Origin: an uncultured Thermoproteales archaeon
GTDB lineage: Archaea > Thermoproteota > Thermoprotei > Thermofilales > B9-G17
Length of the DNA stretch: 53,432 nt
Direction of reading: 5' to 3'
Assembly (NCBI GenBank): GCA_964550975.1
Contig: CAZKAY010000002.1
Span: 2,717 to 56,148 of the forward strand
This document shows, piece after piece, positions 27,442 to 36,559 of the stretch. Positions within the stretch are counted from its first letter, which is position 1. Every line of letters begins with the position of its first letter. Below the pieces are notes generated by a model, which did no database searches, was not told where the DNA came from, and saw only the letters and a list, made by a program, of their open reading frames with translations. The position numbers and the translations under genes were made by a program.

Positions 27442-28501
27442 AAAATAATTTTAATAATATAGATAATATTATCAGAAAAATACCTATTGAAAGAAGTATT
27501 ATAGGAAAAATCATATACTTATTTTGAATAAAATTTTTAATGTTAAAAATACTGCCTTTACCCAGCTTTACTTCAATTTTATCTAACAGAGTCGTTTCAA
27601 ACCATACCTCAACATACCCTCTCTTTAAATTCATTGGAATTGTAAAAGATACTTTGGCCGTCTTACCTGGATCTATAAAGATTTTTCTGGCCATATCGAT
27701 ATCATTAGATAGAAATCTCACAATAAAATATGCTGGTGCAGTTGAATTATTTTTAATAACAATACTCAGCACTTTTTCGCTATCTTTTTTAAGAATATTA
27801 TAGCTATTTATAAATGCTGTAGTGATATAAGTAGAAGTATAGTGGAAATCCGGTAGACTTAGTGTCAATATATATTTGTTTGGTGCTTGAGGTTCATTAA
27901 AATTAATCCATAGTAGATAGTTCTTATCAGTTTTTGATGGCCCATGGGATGAGGATGGAATCCATTCATATTTTATGAGAGATACCTTTTCTCCAAAAGA
28001 TATGTTTAAAACATCTATCCAGCTTCGAGGATCTCTACTTGTAAAACTATCTATAATAGTTATTCTATAAATATTGTTATCGATCCTCTCTAATAGGTCA
28101 CTTGTATTTAGATATACTTTTAATGTAATTATATACGCGCCTCTAAGCTTTTCCATAACACCTTTATTATAAACGTCGCATAAGACTATCTTATTGTCAT
28201 CACGCTTTAAATGCTGGATAACTTCATATTTTAATTTGGCCGGATTTGTAGATACAAGTAGCAATGCATCATTTATCTGGCTTCTCTCATTATTTTTAAT
28301 CTCATTAAATATCCTATTATCTTTATATAGGCTTTCTCCAGAAGCCTTAAATGGATGCATTTTAATGGTTATTATTAAAGCACCATCTGAGAGAAATTTT
28401 AAATCAAAATTTAATCCAATCCAATACTCTTGGCCATATACATTTATAGATATAGTGTAGAAAAACAATATTATTACTAATAAAAGTATAATTTTTCTCA
28501 A
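27377..28501 (-). CDS. Secreted, C-terminally membrane-anchored beta-rich protein
   Basis: 374 aa with an N-terminal signal-like segment (MRKIILLLVIILFFYTISINVYG) and a C-terminal TM helix (IFPIILLSIGIFLIILSILLKLF) followed by a basic stretch. 4-nt overlap with the upstream transglutaminase-like gene. Confidence 0.55.
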   Translation of the reverse strand: MRKIILLLVIILFFYTISINVYGQEYWIGLNFDLKFLSDGALIITIKMHPFKASGESLYKDNRIFNEIKNNERSQINDALLLVSTNPAKLKYEVIQHLKRDDNKIVLCDVYNKGVMEKLRGAYIITLKVYLNTSDLLERIDNNIYRITIIDSFTSRDPRSWIDVLNISFGEKVSLIKYEWIPSSSHGPSKTDKNYLLWINFNEPQAPNKYILTLSLPDFHYTSTYITTAFINSYNILKKDSEKVLSIVIKNNSTAPAYFIVRFLSNDIDMARKIFIDPGKTAKVSFTIPMNLKRGYVEVWFETTLLDKIEVKLGKGSIFNIKNFIQNKYMIFPIILLSIGIFLIILSILLKLFSRRKLEEPYSVIPQSPVESFQ

Positions 28502-29550
28502 TCCTTTACACCTCTAAAAACTATTTTAACATATTCTAAATCAAGATAACTTGTTATACATAATCCCTCTAAAGTTGTTCCATAAAACTTTTTCTCCTGA
28601 ACACCATATATTATATGTCTATTAGATAAATCCCCTATCTTAACTTTATTTTCCTCCAGCATCTCTACATCGATCCACTTCCAGGGCTCAACATATATCT
28701 GAGGCCATGTATGTCCACCCCAATGCTGTAATAGAGAAGTTTCAGACTCCCTTCTAGTTAGATTAAGCCACTGTGTTTCATTATAATGATAAAGCATAAA
28801 TCCGTATACCGTCCTTGATGGCAGCCCGAGGATTCTAGCAAAGGTTACATATACATCTGCAACCTCACTACAGTCTCCATGCACCCTATATCCAATTAAA
28901 CCTCTAACTATAGCATGATCTGATCCAAGCCTAATAAACATAACCTTATAGACCAATCTACTTTTAATCCATTCTCCAATCCATTTTGCTATACTTAATG
29001 GATTATTCATACCATATGCCTGAGTAACAATATTTATAAGCGTCCTATTATCTATATCCCAATACATAGTTCTAGTTGTTAGGTTTCTCGTAATATTTAA
29101 TGGAGGCCATCTAGCAACACTATAATTAAAGTCTATCCTATATCCGGATACCTTCACCCTAAATGTAGCATTAATCCATATATGTCCACCGGGTTCCAGA
29201 GATATATTTATTAATGCAAAAATATTTCCATCGTCGTCTCTCTCAATACTTATTGGTTTAGGTTGAATTTCAATTATACTGGAAAACTGATAAGTTAGGT
29301 TTCTCGGAACTGAGAGATAAATATATTCACTAACCTCTCTATTTAAATTATTTTTTACTAAAAAACTTTCATAGATGGTATAGGTAATATTGTCAAAATA
29401 GATTTTACCGCTACCCTTCTTAGTAACTATCTGTGGACCTTCTCTACCACCTATATTTATAAGTATTTCTGGAAATGCTATTAATATAGCCGAGGCAATT
29501 ATAAATATTATTCCAAGTATAAATAATTCTCTATACATTATTATACACAT
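28498..29550 (-). CDS. Transglutaminase-like (Cys-His-Asp) protein, N-terminally membrane anchored
   Basis: N-terminal TM helix. The transglutaminase core has GDCSEVADVYVTFARILGLPSRTVYG (Cys) and GGHTWPQIYVEPWKWIDVE (His, Asp). Confidence 0.7.
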   Translation of the reverse strand: MCIIMYRELFILGIIFIIASAILIAFPEILINIGGREGPQIVTKKGSGKIYFDNITYTIYESFLVKNNLNREVSEYIYLSVPRNLTYQFSSIIEIQPKPISIERDDDGNIFALINISLEPGGHIWINATFRVKVSGYRIDFNYSVARWPPLNITRNLTTRTMYWDIDNRTLINIVTQAYGMNNPLSIAKWIGEWIKSRLVYKVMFIRLGSDHAIVRGLIGYRVHGDCSEVADVYVTFARILGLPSRTVYGFMLYHYNETQWLNLTRRESETSLLQHWGGHTWPQIYVEPWKWIDVEMLEENKVKIGDLSNRHIIYGVQEKKFYGTTLEGLCITSYLDLEYVKIVFRGVKD

Positions 29551-29595
29551 TTTTATAATTCTATGAGTATTATATATTGTTTATGTGGTGAAAAA

Positions 29596-30024
29596 ATGGG
29601 TGGATTCAAGTTTCTAGAACACATGTCAGATGCATATATAATGGCATGGGGTAAAACATTGGAGGAGGCATTCGAATACGCTGCGCTCGGAATGTTTGAG
29701 ACAATGACAGATACAAGTAAGGTTAAACATAAAGTTGTAAGAGAAATAGAGGTAGATGGAATAGATTTATTTAGTCTACTATATAATTGGCTTGAAGAAC
29801 TACTATACTACTTTGATGCTGAAGCATTACTTTTCTCGAAATTCAAAGTACATGAGATTGGAAAGAAAAATGAAAAATATTATTTACGTGGAATTGTTTT
29901 GGGAGAACCTTTTGATGAATCTAGACACATATCTAAAAATGCTGTAAAAGCTGTCACATACTCCTTAATGGAGATAAATAGGAAGAATGGAGAATGGATT
30001 CTAAAATTTGTTCTTGACTTATAA
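29596..30024 (+). CDS. Archease
   Basis: FKFLEHMSDAYIMAWGKTLEEAFEYAALGMFETMTD is the archease N-terminal signature and the length is about 142 aa. The start was moved to ATG 29596. Confidence 0.8.
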   Translation: MGGFKFLEHMSDAYIMAWGKTLEEAFEYAALGMFETMTDTSKVKHKVVREIEVDGIDLFSLLYNWLEELLYYFDAEALLFSKFKVHEIGKKNEKYYLRGIVLGEPFDESRHISKNAVKAVTYSLMEINRKNGEWILKFVLDL

Positions 30025-30321
30025 TATTTTCAGCTTATATCCAGATATTTTCCCTAAAACTCTTTTTACATCAAATCCTCTTGGAACAACATTTCTAGTA
30101 TAAGTTATTGCCAGAAAGTTTTCATTCCATCTTCTTAAGACCAGATAGTTTTCTCCAAGCTTTATCAGCAAGTTTTTATTTCTATTATCAACAATATATC
30201 CCTCATCGAGTATTTTCTCTAAAAATCTCAATATATTTCCTTTACCTATAATGCTGGCTCTTTCAACAACTCTTTTCATACAATGTCTAGTCACATAGAC
30301 TGTTTTAACCATGTTCGTCAT
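30019..30321 (-). CDS. Hypothetical small protein (DUF4258/toxin-like pattern?)
   Basis: 100-aa ORF. YVTRHCMKRVVER ... LVLRRWNENFLAITYT loosely resembles DUF4258-type small toxin folds. Weak. Confidence 0.4.
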   Translation of the reverse strand: MTNMVKTVYVTRHCMKRVVERASIIGKGNILRFLEKILDEGYIVDNRNKNLLIKLGENYLVLRRWNENFLAITYTRNVVPRGFDVKRVLGKISGYKLKIL

Positions 30322-30363
30322 AAATATATATGAAATATACGATATAAATATAGGTGAAGTATT

Positions 30364-31092
30364 TTGCCCTTCACATACACTGTTTTTAATTTAGCAAAAA
30401 ACTTCTTTGAATACTATAACATATTATTAAACAAGCTAGCTAATTTAGGCGTTGGTGTATCAGAGAAAAAGATTCAAGGCAATAGGGCTAGAATAAAGGT
30501 TCAGACTCCAGACGAGGTAGGAGAGATAGAGCTCAGAACCGAGGGAAACGATATAATTGTTAGATTTGAAACTGGGACCGCGCCGAGTAAAAAGAGTTTA
30601 GAGGCAGTAAGAACTGGACTTGAATTCATCAGCACTATTCTCGGTGGCGGAAGCCTATTAGACGCAAGTATAAATGTTGCTGAAGAAAGCATTGACTCGG
30701 CGCTTTCTGGTGCTCATGGATATCTTGCTTCTACGATAGCAAATGCTGTCAGAGATGCAGGAGAAGAGTTAAGAGAAAGGATTGAAAGACCTGGTCTTCT
30801 ACCTCCTCCACCGCCGTTTCCAGGCGCTGTTACAAGTGAAGAATATGTGTCCCGGCTTGAAGAGATTAGGGCTAGAATCATAAGTTTGAGAGAGGAGATA
30901 GATATAGCTAGACAGGAGGGGAAAAATGTTGAGAGAATCGAGCTTAGATTTAGTCGAGCAGAAAAGCTTTTTAATGAAGCTCAAAGGGATGCCGAGAGAG
31001 GAGACTATTCGATGGCAAAATCTAAGTTAGATGCAGCAAATAGGATTTTAGATAGAGTAGAGGAGATGGTAAATAGACTCTACTATGGATAA
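30364..31092 (+). CDS. Hypothetical protein with a poly-Pro linker and a C-terminal helical (coiled-coil/MIT-like) region
   Basis: 242-aa ORF with a TTG start 7 nt after AGGTGA. Locally higher G+C. It has a PPPPPFPG linker followed by Glu/Arg-rich helices (RAEKLFNEAQRDAERGDYSMAKSKLDAANRIL). Confidence 0.55.
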   Translation: MPFTYTVFNLAKNFFEYYNILLNKLANLGVGVSEKKIQGNRARIKVQTPDEVGEIELRTEGNDIIVRFETGTAPSKKSLEAVRTGLEFISTILGGGSLLDASINVAEESIDSALSGAHGYLASTIANAVRDAGEELRERIERPGLLPPPPPFPGAVTSEEYVSRLEEIRARIISLREEIDIARQEGKNVERIELRFSRAEKLFNEAQRDAERGDYSMAKSKLDAANRILDRVEEMVNRLYYG

Positions 31093-31130
31093 TTAAGTTC
31101 TAGCTAACTACTAGTTAATAAACTATATAT

Positions 31131-33533
31131 TTGGGATTTATATCTATTTATTTGGGACCTAATTTGTCTCAAATTGTTTTTTGGCTTCTAGATATAAATT
31201 ATGAAATGGTTAGAGATATTCCTGAAATTAGGTTGTGGGGTATAGATGAAAATAACAGGAGAATAGTAGTTTTAGATAGAAGTTTTAGACCATATTTCTA
31301 TGTGGTTCCTGAAAATGAAAAATATTTGGAGAGTCTTCCTAAGGAGATTGAAAAACGTTTTCCAAAAGACATTCTGCACACGGAAATATTATCTAAAGAA
31401 TTTTTCGGTAAAAGCATTAGCGTTATAAGAATAGTCTGTAGGAATCCTAAGAAAATTCCTAGTTTAAGAGATAATATAGCCAAAATTATTGGTGTAAAGA
31501 ATGTATTGGAGGCAGATATAAGCTTCTATCTAAGATATATGATTGACAATGATATTTATCCATCTTCATGGCATGTCGTTGAAGTAGAGGAAGTTAAGGA
31601 GAAGAAGGACTGGCAGGTTGATGCAATATATTTGGCTAAAAATCCTCCTAAAAACGTATCTGAAAAGAGAGAGATACCTAAATTAAAGTTTCTAGCATTT
31701 GACATTGAATGCTATAATCAGTATGGTACGCCAAGGCCTGAGAGAGACCCCGTTATAATAATTTCCACAAAGACTTCTGAGGGTGAGGAAAAGATTTTTT
31801 TGGCCAAGGATAAAAATGATAGAGATGTTATGGAGGAGTTTTCAAAATATGTTTTAGAATATGATCCAGACATAATTGTAGGCTATAATTCTAATCTATT
31901 TGACTGGCCATATCTTGTAGATAGATGTAAGAAATATAAGTCTAGACTAAAGATTTCCAGAACATATTTTCAACCAATGCCAAGTCTATATGGACATATA
32001 TCTATAGTGGGTAGGGCAAATGTAGACTTATATGATTATGCTAAAGATCTTCCGGAGGTGAAGGTTAGGACACTTGAAAATGTTGCAGAATATTTAGGTG
32101 TAATGAAGAAGAGTGAACGTGTATTGATTCCTGGAGAAGAAATATATAAGTATTGGGATAATCCTAAACTTAGAGAAAAACTTATAGAATATTGTTTAGA
32201 TGATGTTAGAAGCATATATTTATTGGCGAAGGAGATTCTACCATTTGCAATTCAGTTATCAAGTATAGTCGGATTACCACTAGATATTGTGGGTACAGCT
32301 TCAGTTGGATATAGAGTTGAATGGCATTTGATTAGACAGGCATATAAGTTTAACGAGTTGATTCCAAATAAGGTTGAACGTCCATATAGACCATATAGAG
32401 GTGCGATAGTTTTAAAGCCTTTACCAGGATTGCATGAAGATATAGCTGTATTAGATTTTTCATCGATGTATCCAAATATAATGATCAACTATAATATTTC
32501 TCCAGACACCTATGTTCCTCTGGGAGAAAAAGTTAGTGAGGTAAATATTGCACCAGAAGTTGGCCATAAATTTAGGAAAAAACCGGACGGATTTTATAGA
32601 AAAGTTCTTAAAAGACTTTTAGCCGCCAGAAAGGAGATTAAAGATAAATTGAAAAAACTTGATCCAAAAAGTAATGAATATAAAATTTTATATGAAAGAC
32701 AGAGAGCTGTTAAAATTATTGCGAATGCTACGTATGGTTATTGTGGATGGGTTGGAGCTAGATGGTATAAGAGAGAAGTAGCTGAAGCCACTACCGCATG
32801 GGGTAGAAAGATAATTACAGAAACTATTAGACTAGCTAAATCAATGGGACTAAAATTGATATACGGCGATACTGACAGTATTTTTGTAAGATATGATAAG
32901 GATAAAGTTGAGAAATTTATAGACACTATTAACAGTAAGCTCGGATTAGAAATAAAAATTGATAAAATTTATAGAAGAGTATTCTTCACGGAGGCTAAGA
33001 AAAGATATTGTGGATTACTATATGATGGTAGAATAGATGTTGTCGGTCTCGAAGCTGTACGTGGAGACTGGTCGGAATTAGCAAAAGAAGTTCAGGAAAA
33101 TGTTATCAAAATAATTTTAACGGAGAATAGTCCCTCAAAGGCTGCAGGATATGTACAAGATGTTATAAGAAATTTAAAGAACCAGAAAATACCTTTATCT
33201 AAACTAATTATATGGAAAACTGTCACAAAGAATATTGATGAATATGAAGTTGCTGCTGCACATGTGGTTGCAGCTAAAAAGCTTCTAGCATCTGGATATC
33301 CATTAACCGTTGGAGATAAGGTTGGATATATTGTTGTAAAAAGACCTGGAGTAAAACTTGCAGACAAGGTCGAGCCATATATATTTGTTAAAAACTATAG
33401 TGACATAGATATAGAATATTATATTAATAAACAGATAGTTCCAGTGGCTACACGTATACTAGGTTTCTTCGGATACAGTGAAAAACAATTGCTTGCAGGT
33501 ACTCGTCAAGCCTCTCTCTCAGACTTCTTTTAA
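31131..33533 (+). CDS. polB: Family-B DNA polymerase
   Basis: Exo I LAFDIECY, Exo II YNSNLFDWPYL, Exo III YCLDDV, Pol A DFSSMYPNIM, Pol B KIIANATYGY, Pol C YGDTDS. No intein. The start is uncertain: TTG 31131 or TTG 31164, both upstream of the conserved FWLLDINY. Confidence 0.9.
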   Translation: MGFISIYLGPNLSQIVFWLLDINYEMVRDIPEIRLWGIDENNRRIVVLDRSFRPYFYVVPENEKYLESLPKEIEKRFPKDILHTEILSKEFFGKSISVIRIVCRNPKKIPSLRDNIAKIIGVKNVLEADISFYLRYMIDNDIYPSSWHVVEVEEVKEKKDWQVDAIYLAKNPPKNVSEKREIPKLKFLAFDIECYNQYGTPRPERDPVIIISTKTSEGEEKIFLAKDKNDRDVMEEFSKYVLEYDPDIIVGYNSNLFDWPYLVDRCKKYKSRLKISRTYFQPMPSLYGHISIVGRANVDLYDYAKDLPEVKVRTLENVAEYLGVMKKSERVLIPGEEIYKYWDNPKLREKLIEYCLDDVRSIYLLAKEILPFAIQLSSIVGLPLDIVGTASVGYRVEWHLIRQAYKFNELIPNKVERPYRPYRGAIVLKPLPGLHEDIAVLDFSSMYPNIMINYNISPDTYVPLGEKVSEVNIAPEVGHKFRKKPDGFYRKVLKRLLAARKEIKDKLKKLDPKSNEYKILYERQRAVKIIANATYGYCGWVGARWYKREVAEATTAWGRKIITETIRLAKSMGLKLIYGDTDSIFVRYDKDKVEKFIDTINSKLGLEIKIDKIYRRVFFTEAKKRYCGLLYDGRIDVVGLEAVRGDWSELAKEVQENVIKIILTENSPSKAAGYVQDVIRNLKNQKIPLSKLIIWKTVTKNIDEYEVAAAHVVAAKKLLASGYPLTVGDKVGYIVVKRPGVKLADKVEPYIFVKNYSDIDIEYYINKQIVPVATRILGFFGYSEKQLLAGTRQASLSDFF

Positions 33534-34829
33534 AGCCATTTCGGGATATTTTTTAAATGGGATTTCAAGTGGACAGCCAGTACATGTATTATAGAATATA
33601 CATTCCCTACATTGCTGTGGCATAAATCTTCTCTCCCTCAATTCGATACATAGTGGATGATACCATATTTTCTTCCAATTATCCTTCAATATATTTCCAA
33701 TAGGTTTATAATAGCTTTGACATGGTATAACATTTCCATTAGGCTCTATCGCCATCGTTATATAGCATGCTGTACACGATTTTATCCCAAGTCCAAGTTC
33801 AAGCGGATTTAATTCACAATATCTTGTTACACCATACCATATAAAATCCATATCATATTCACTTGTCCTATCAATTATTTCTTCAAGAGTCTCCCTCATC
33901 TCACTCGGAGTCAAATCAAATTTCTCTGCAACCTTTGCCCCAAAACCACTATAAATTAACTTATTAGCAGAAACTCTTTTAACACCGAGACTATGTAGAA
34001 AATCTATTGTCCCACCAATATCTTTATAATTCCACTTACTTAACGTCAGATTTACGGTGAAATATAGATTTTCATTAACCAAATTTTTAACTCCATTTAC
34101 TGTATCATCCCAGCTTCCAGGACTCCGAGTTATCCTATCATGTATCTCCCGTACATGTGACTCCAATGTTATTTGAACAAAATCTAATCCACTTTTAATT
34201 AATTTTTCCACATATTCTCTATCCTTGAATCTCCTCCCATTCGAAACTACCCCTGAAACAAGTCCAAGATCTTCAGTTACACGTATTAGATAGGGTAGAT
34301 CTTTAAATAGTGTCGGTTCTCCACCTGTAAACAATACTTGAGGAACCCCTATATCTCTAAGCTTTCTTAAAACATCAACCCACTTACCTGTTGGTAGACT
34401 ATTCATTTTACGTGGACTACTGCTATAGCAGTGAATACATTTATTATTGCATTCATAGGTTAAAGCTATGTCTACCCTAAGTGGAGCTGTAAGCTTCGAT
34501 GAAAATGGCTCTCTTCTCTCGAATCCCAAACTATGTATAGGACAATATTCTCCACTAATAAAACTATTAATCTTATAAATCGTATCTCTATAATCCTTTA
34601 TAACGGTATCTCTATCTATATTTTTAAACTTTCTACGAGCAAGTTTATAAACATCATCCTCCTCCAATTTCCTCATCATACACTCAATATAAAATGCAGC
34701 AGTCTGATTTAGATAAACAACTCTATTAGAATTTATAACAAGCACTCCAAATCCATCTGGATCCACGCGTAAATGAAGCTTTAACCCCTTTTCCCTATAA
34801 GATAAAAACTTACTCTTTTTAAAAAACAT
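33519..34829 (-). CDS. Radical SAM/SPASM-domain enzyme with an N-terminal PqqD/RRE-like domain
   Basis: CNNKCIHCY (CX3CX2C). The SPASM signature is C-X10-G-X4-C (CYITMAIEPNGNVIPC) plus CRECIFYNTCTGC. The N-terminal ~100 aa resemble PqqD (VVYLNQTAAFYIECM...DDVYKLARRKF...DTVIKDYRDTIYKI). Confidence 0.85.
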   Translation of the reverse strand: MFFKKSKFLSYREKGLKLHLRVDPDGFGVLVINSNRVVYLNQTAAFYIECMMRKLEEDDVYKLARRKFKNIDRDTVIKDYRDTIYKINSFISGEYCPIHSLGFERREPFSSKLTAPLRVDIALTYECNNKCIHCYSSSPRKMNSLPTGKWVDVLRKLRDIGVPQVLFTGGEPTLFKDLPYLIRVTEDLGLVSGVVSNGRRFKDREYVEKLIKSGLDFVQITLESHVREIHDRITRSPGSWDDTVNGVKNLVNENLYFTVNLTLSKWNYKDIGGTIDFLHSLGVKRVSANKLIYSGFGAKVAEKFDLTPSEMRETLEEIIDRTSEYDMDFIWYGVTRYCELNPLELGLGIKSCTACYITMAIEPNGNVIPCQSYYKPIGNILKDNWKKIWYHPLCIELRERRFMPQQCRECIFYNTCTGCPLEIPFKKYPEMALKEV

Positions 34830-34970
34830 AGGAATCCTATTTCAATAAAACATATATCGATATTTAAATCCTTCTAAAATAATAGTATTAAATACTAATA
34901 ATGATAGATCAGTAAATTTAGTTAAAGTTCATTTAAAATAGAATAATATGGATAGTTAAAGGATCTTTTG

Positions 34971-35171
34971 ATGGGTGTTATATTGAAAGGAAAATGGAGA
35001 GATTATTTTAGAAAAGACCCGGACGGATATTATGTAGCCAAAATAGATAAAAAATATGCATACATGATAGGTAATGATTTCATAAAAATAAATTTAGGCT
35101 CACATATTTTGATAAAGACTAAGTCTAGAAGTAAGTTTATGAAATTACTTAAAAAAATAGGTTTAATATAA
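34971..35171 (+). CDS. Hypothetical small Lys-rich protein
   Basis: 66-aa ORF with an AGGA-like element upstream of the ATG. It has no Cys and no recognisable motif. Its coding status is uncertain. Confidence 0.3.
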   Translation: MGVILKGKWRDYFRKDPDGYYVAKIDKKYAYMIGNDFIKINLGSHILIKTKSRSKFMKLLKKIGLI

Positions 35172-36419
35172 TTATTTAATTTTTATACCTATTCTCTTCT
35201 CAAAGTACTCCTTTAGATTTTTCTTAATATTTTCAGGTATCTCTCGTTTAAACGGATATTCAATAGCATTTATCACACGGTCTAAAAATGTCTCTAGCAA
35301 TATTCCAGAAATCTCTAATCCAAGCGGGTTAACATATTTTAAATCATCTTTCTCTGTATGCATATAAAATGTTGAGCCCCCGCTTCTACTAAATGATATA
35401 GATGGAATATTTTTCCATGCAAAGGATGTGCTATCCGAGCTAGCTATACCCTGAGTTACACGTATATTTATGCCAAGTTCTTTACCCAATATCTCAATAT
35501 AGTTTTTAATATCGTCTCCACCAGATACTATTGCGGATATTCTACCCATACCAGACCCCTGTACATCTATATTTACCATCAACTTTACTTTCTCCAGGTC
35601 TTTTCTATGACTTTCAGCATACTTCCGTGATCCAAGTAACCCTAACTCTTCTGCCCCAAATGCTATAAACCTTATAGTTCTCATGTTTTTCTTAGATGAA
35701 AATATTCTTGCAAGCTCCATTAATACAGCTGTTCCTGCAGCATTATCAGTGGCTCCAATAGTTCCATATTCACTATCATAATGAGCACCTATAACAATAA
35801 TTTCATCTGGATATTTTTCACCAATCTTCTCTGCAACAATATTTCTGGAAAACGTTTTAAATTCGTTTTGAATAAGCTTTACCCTAACCTTTTTATATTT
35901 AGACCTCATTAACCTATATGCCTCCCCATACTTTACACGTATCATAGGTATTTTCCCATATTGCCACCATTCTACAGGAATATCTGTATATGATGGATTA
36001 CGAGAAGGATTTTCTTCAACTCGTATCAACGCCTTAGGTCCATATTTTGTAATATCCCTATATTTCTCAACATCTAATCCTCCATAGTAAAGCCAGATCC
36101 CACCCTTTTCCAAAAATCTTTTTCCAGCATCCTCTATATAAATTAATTTATCTATGACCCCATCATCTGGAGTATTTCCAGTTAAACCTACACCTCTACA
36201 TGGAATTTTTCTATATGGTTCTAAAACCTCAAGACTTGCTTCGATAATCTTATAGGACCATATTTTAAATCTCTCAACACTAACATTGTATCCCATATTT
36301 CTAAAACTCTCTGCAATTATTTTTGAAGCTTTTAGTTCACCACTACTTCCAGCAAACCTTATGAATCCAATCTTTTTCAGAAAACTATATGCCCTTTTAC
36401 CAGAAAATTTTTGAGACAT
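35172..36419 (-). CDS. M28-family metallo-aminopeptidase
   Basis: GAHYDS, ATDNAAGTAVLMELARIF, and FIAFGAEELGLLGS are the metal-ligand motifs of the M28 family. Confidence 0.85.
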   Translation of the reverse strand: MSQKFSGKRAYSFLKKIGFIRFAGSSGELKASKIIAESFRNMGYNVSVERFKIWSYKIIEASLEVLEPYRKIPCRGVGLTGNTPDDGVIDKLIYIEDAGKRFLEKGGIWLYYGGLDVEKYRDITKYGPKALIRVEENPSRNPSYTDIPVEWWQYGKIPMIRVKYGEAYRLMRSKYKKVRVKLIQNEFKTFSRNIVAEKIGEKYPDEIIVIGAHYDSEYGTIGATDNAAGTAVLMELARIFSSKKNMRTIRFIAFGAEELGLLGSRKYAESHRKDLEKVKLMVNIDVQGSGMGRISAIVSGGDDIKNYIEILGKELGINIRVTQGIASSDSTSFAWKNIPSISFSRSGGSTFYMHTEKDDLKYVNPLGLEISGILLETFLDRVINAIEYPFKREIPENIKKNLKEYFEKRIGIKIK

Positions 36420-36559
36420 ATGTCTTCAATATAGTATAATATAGAATAGTTTAATAAATATTTGAGAATAGTATATGAAGGTTACATGAATATTATCTAT
36501 ATATTTATATACTTCATTTAGAAGATAACTTATTTTATTTATGATAGATTATTCTAAAT

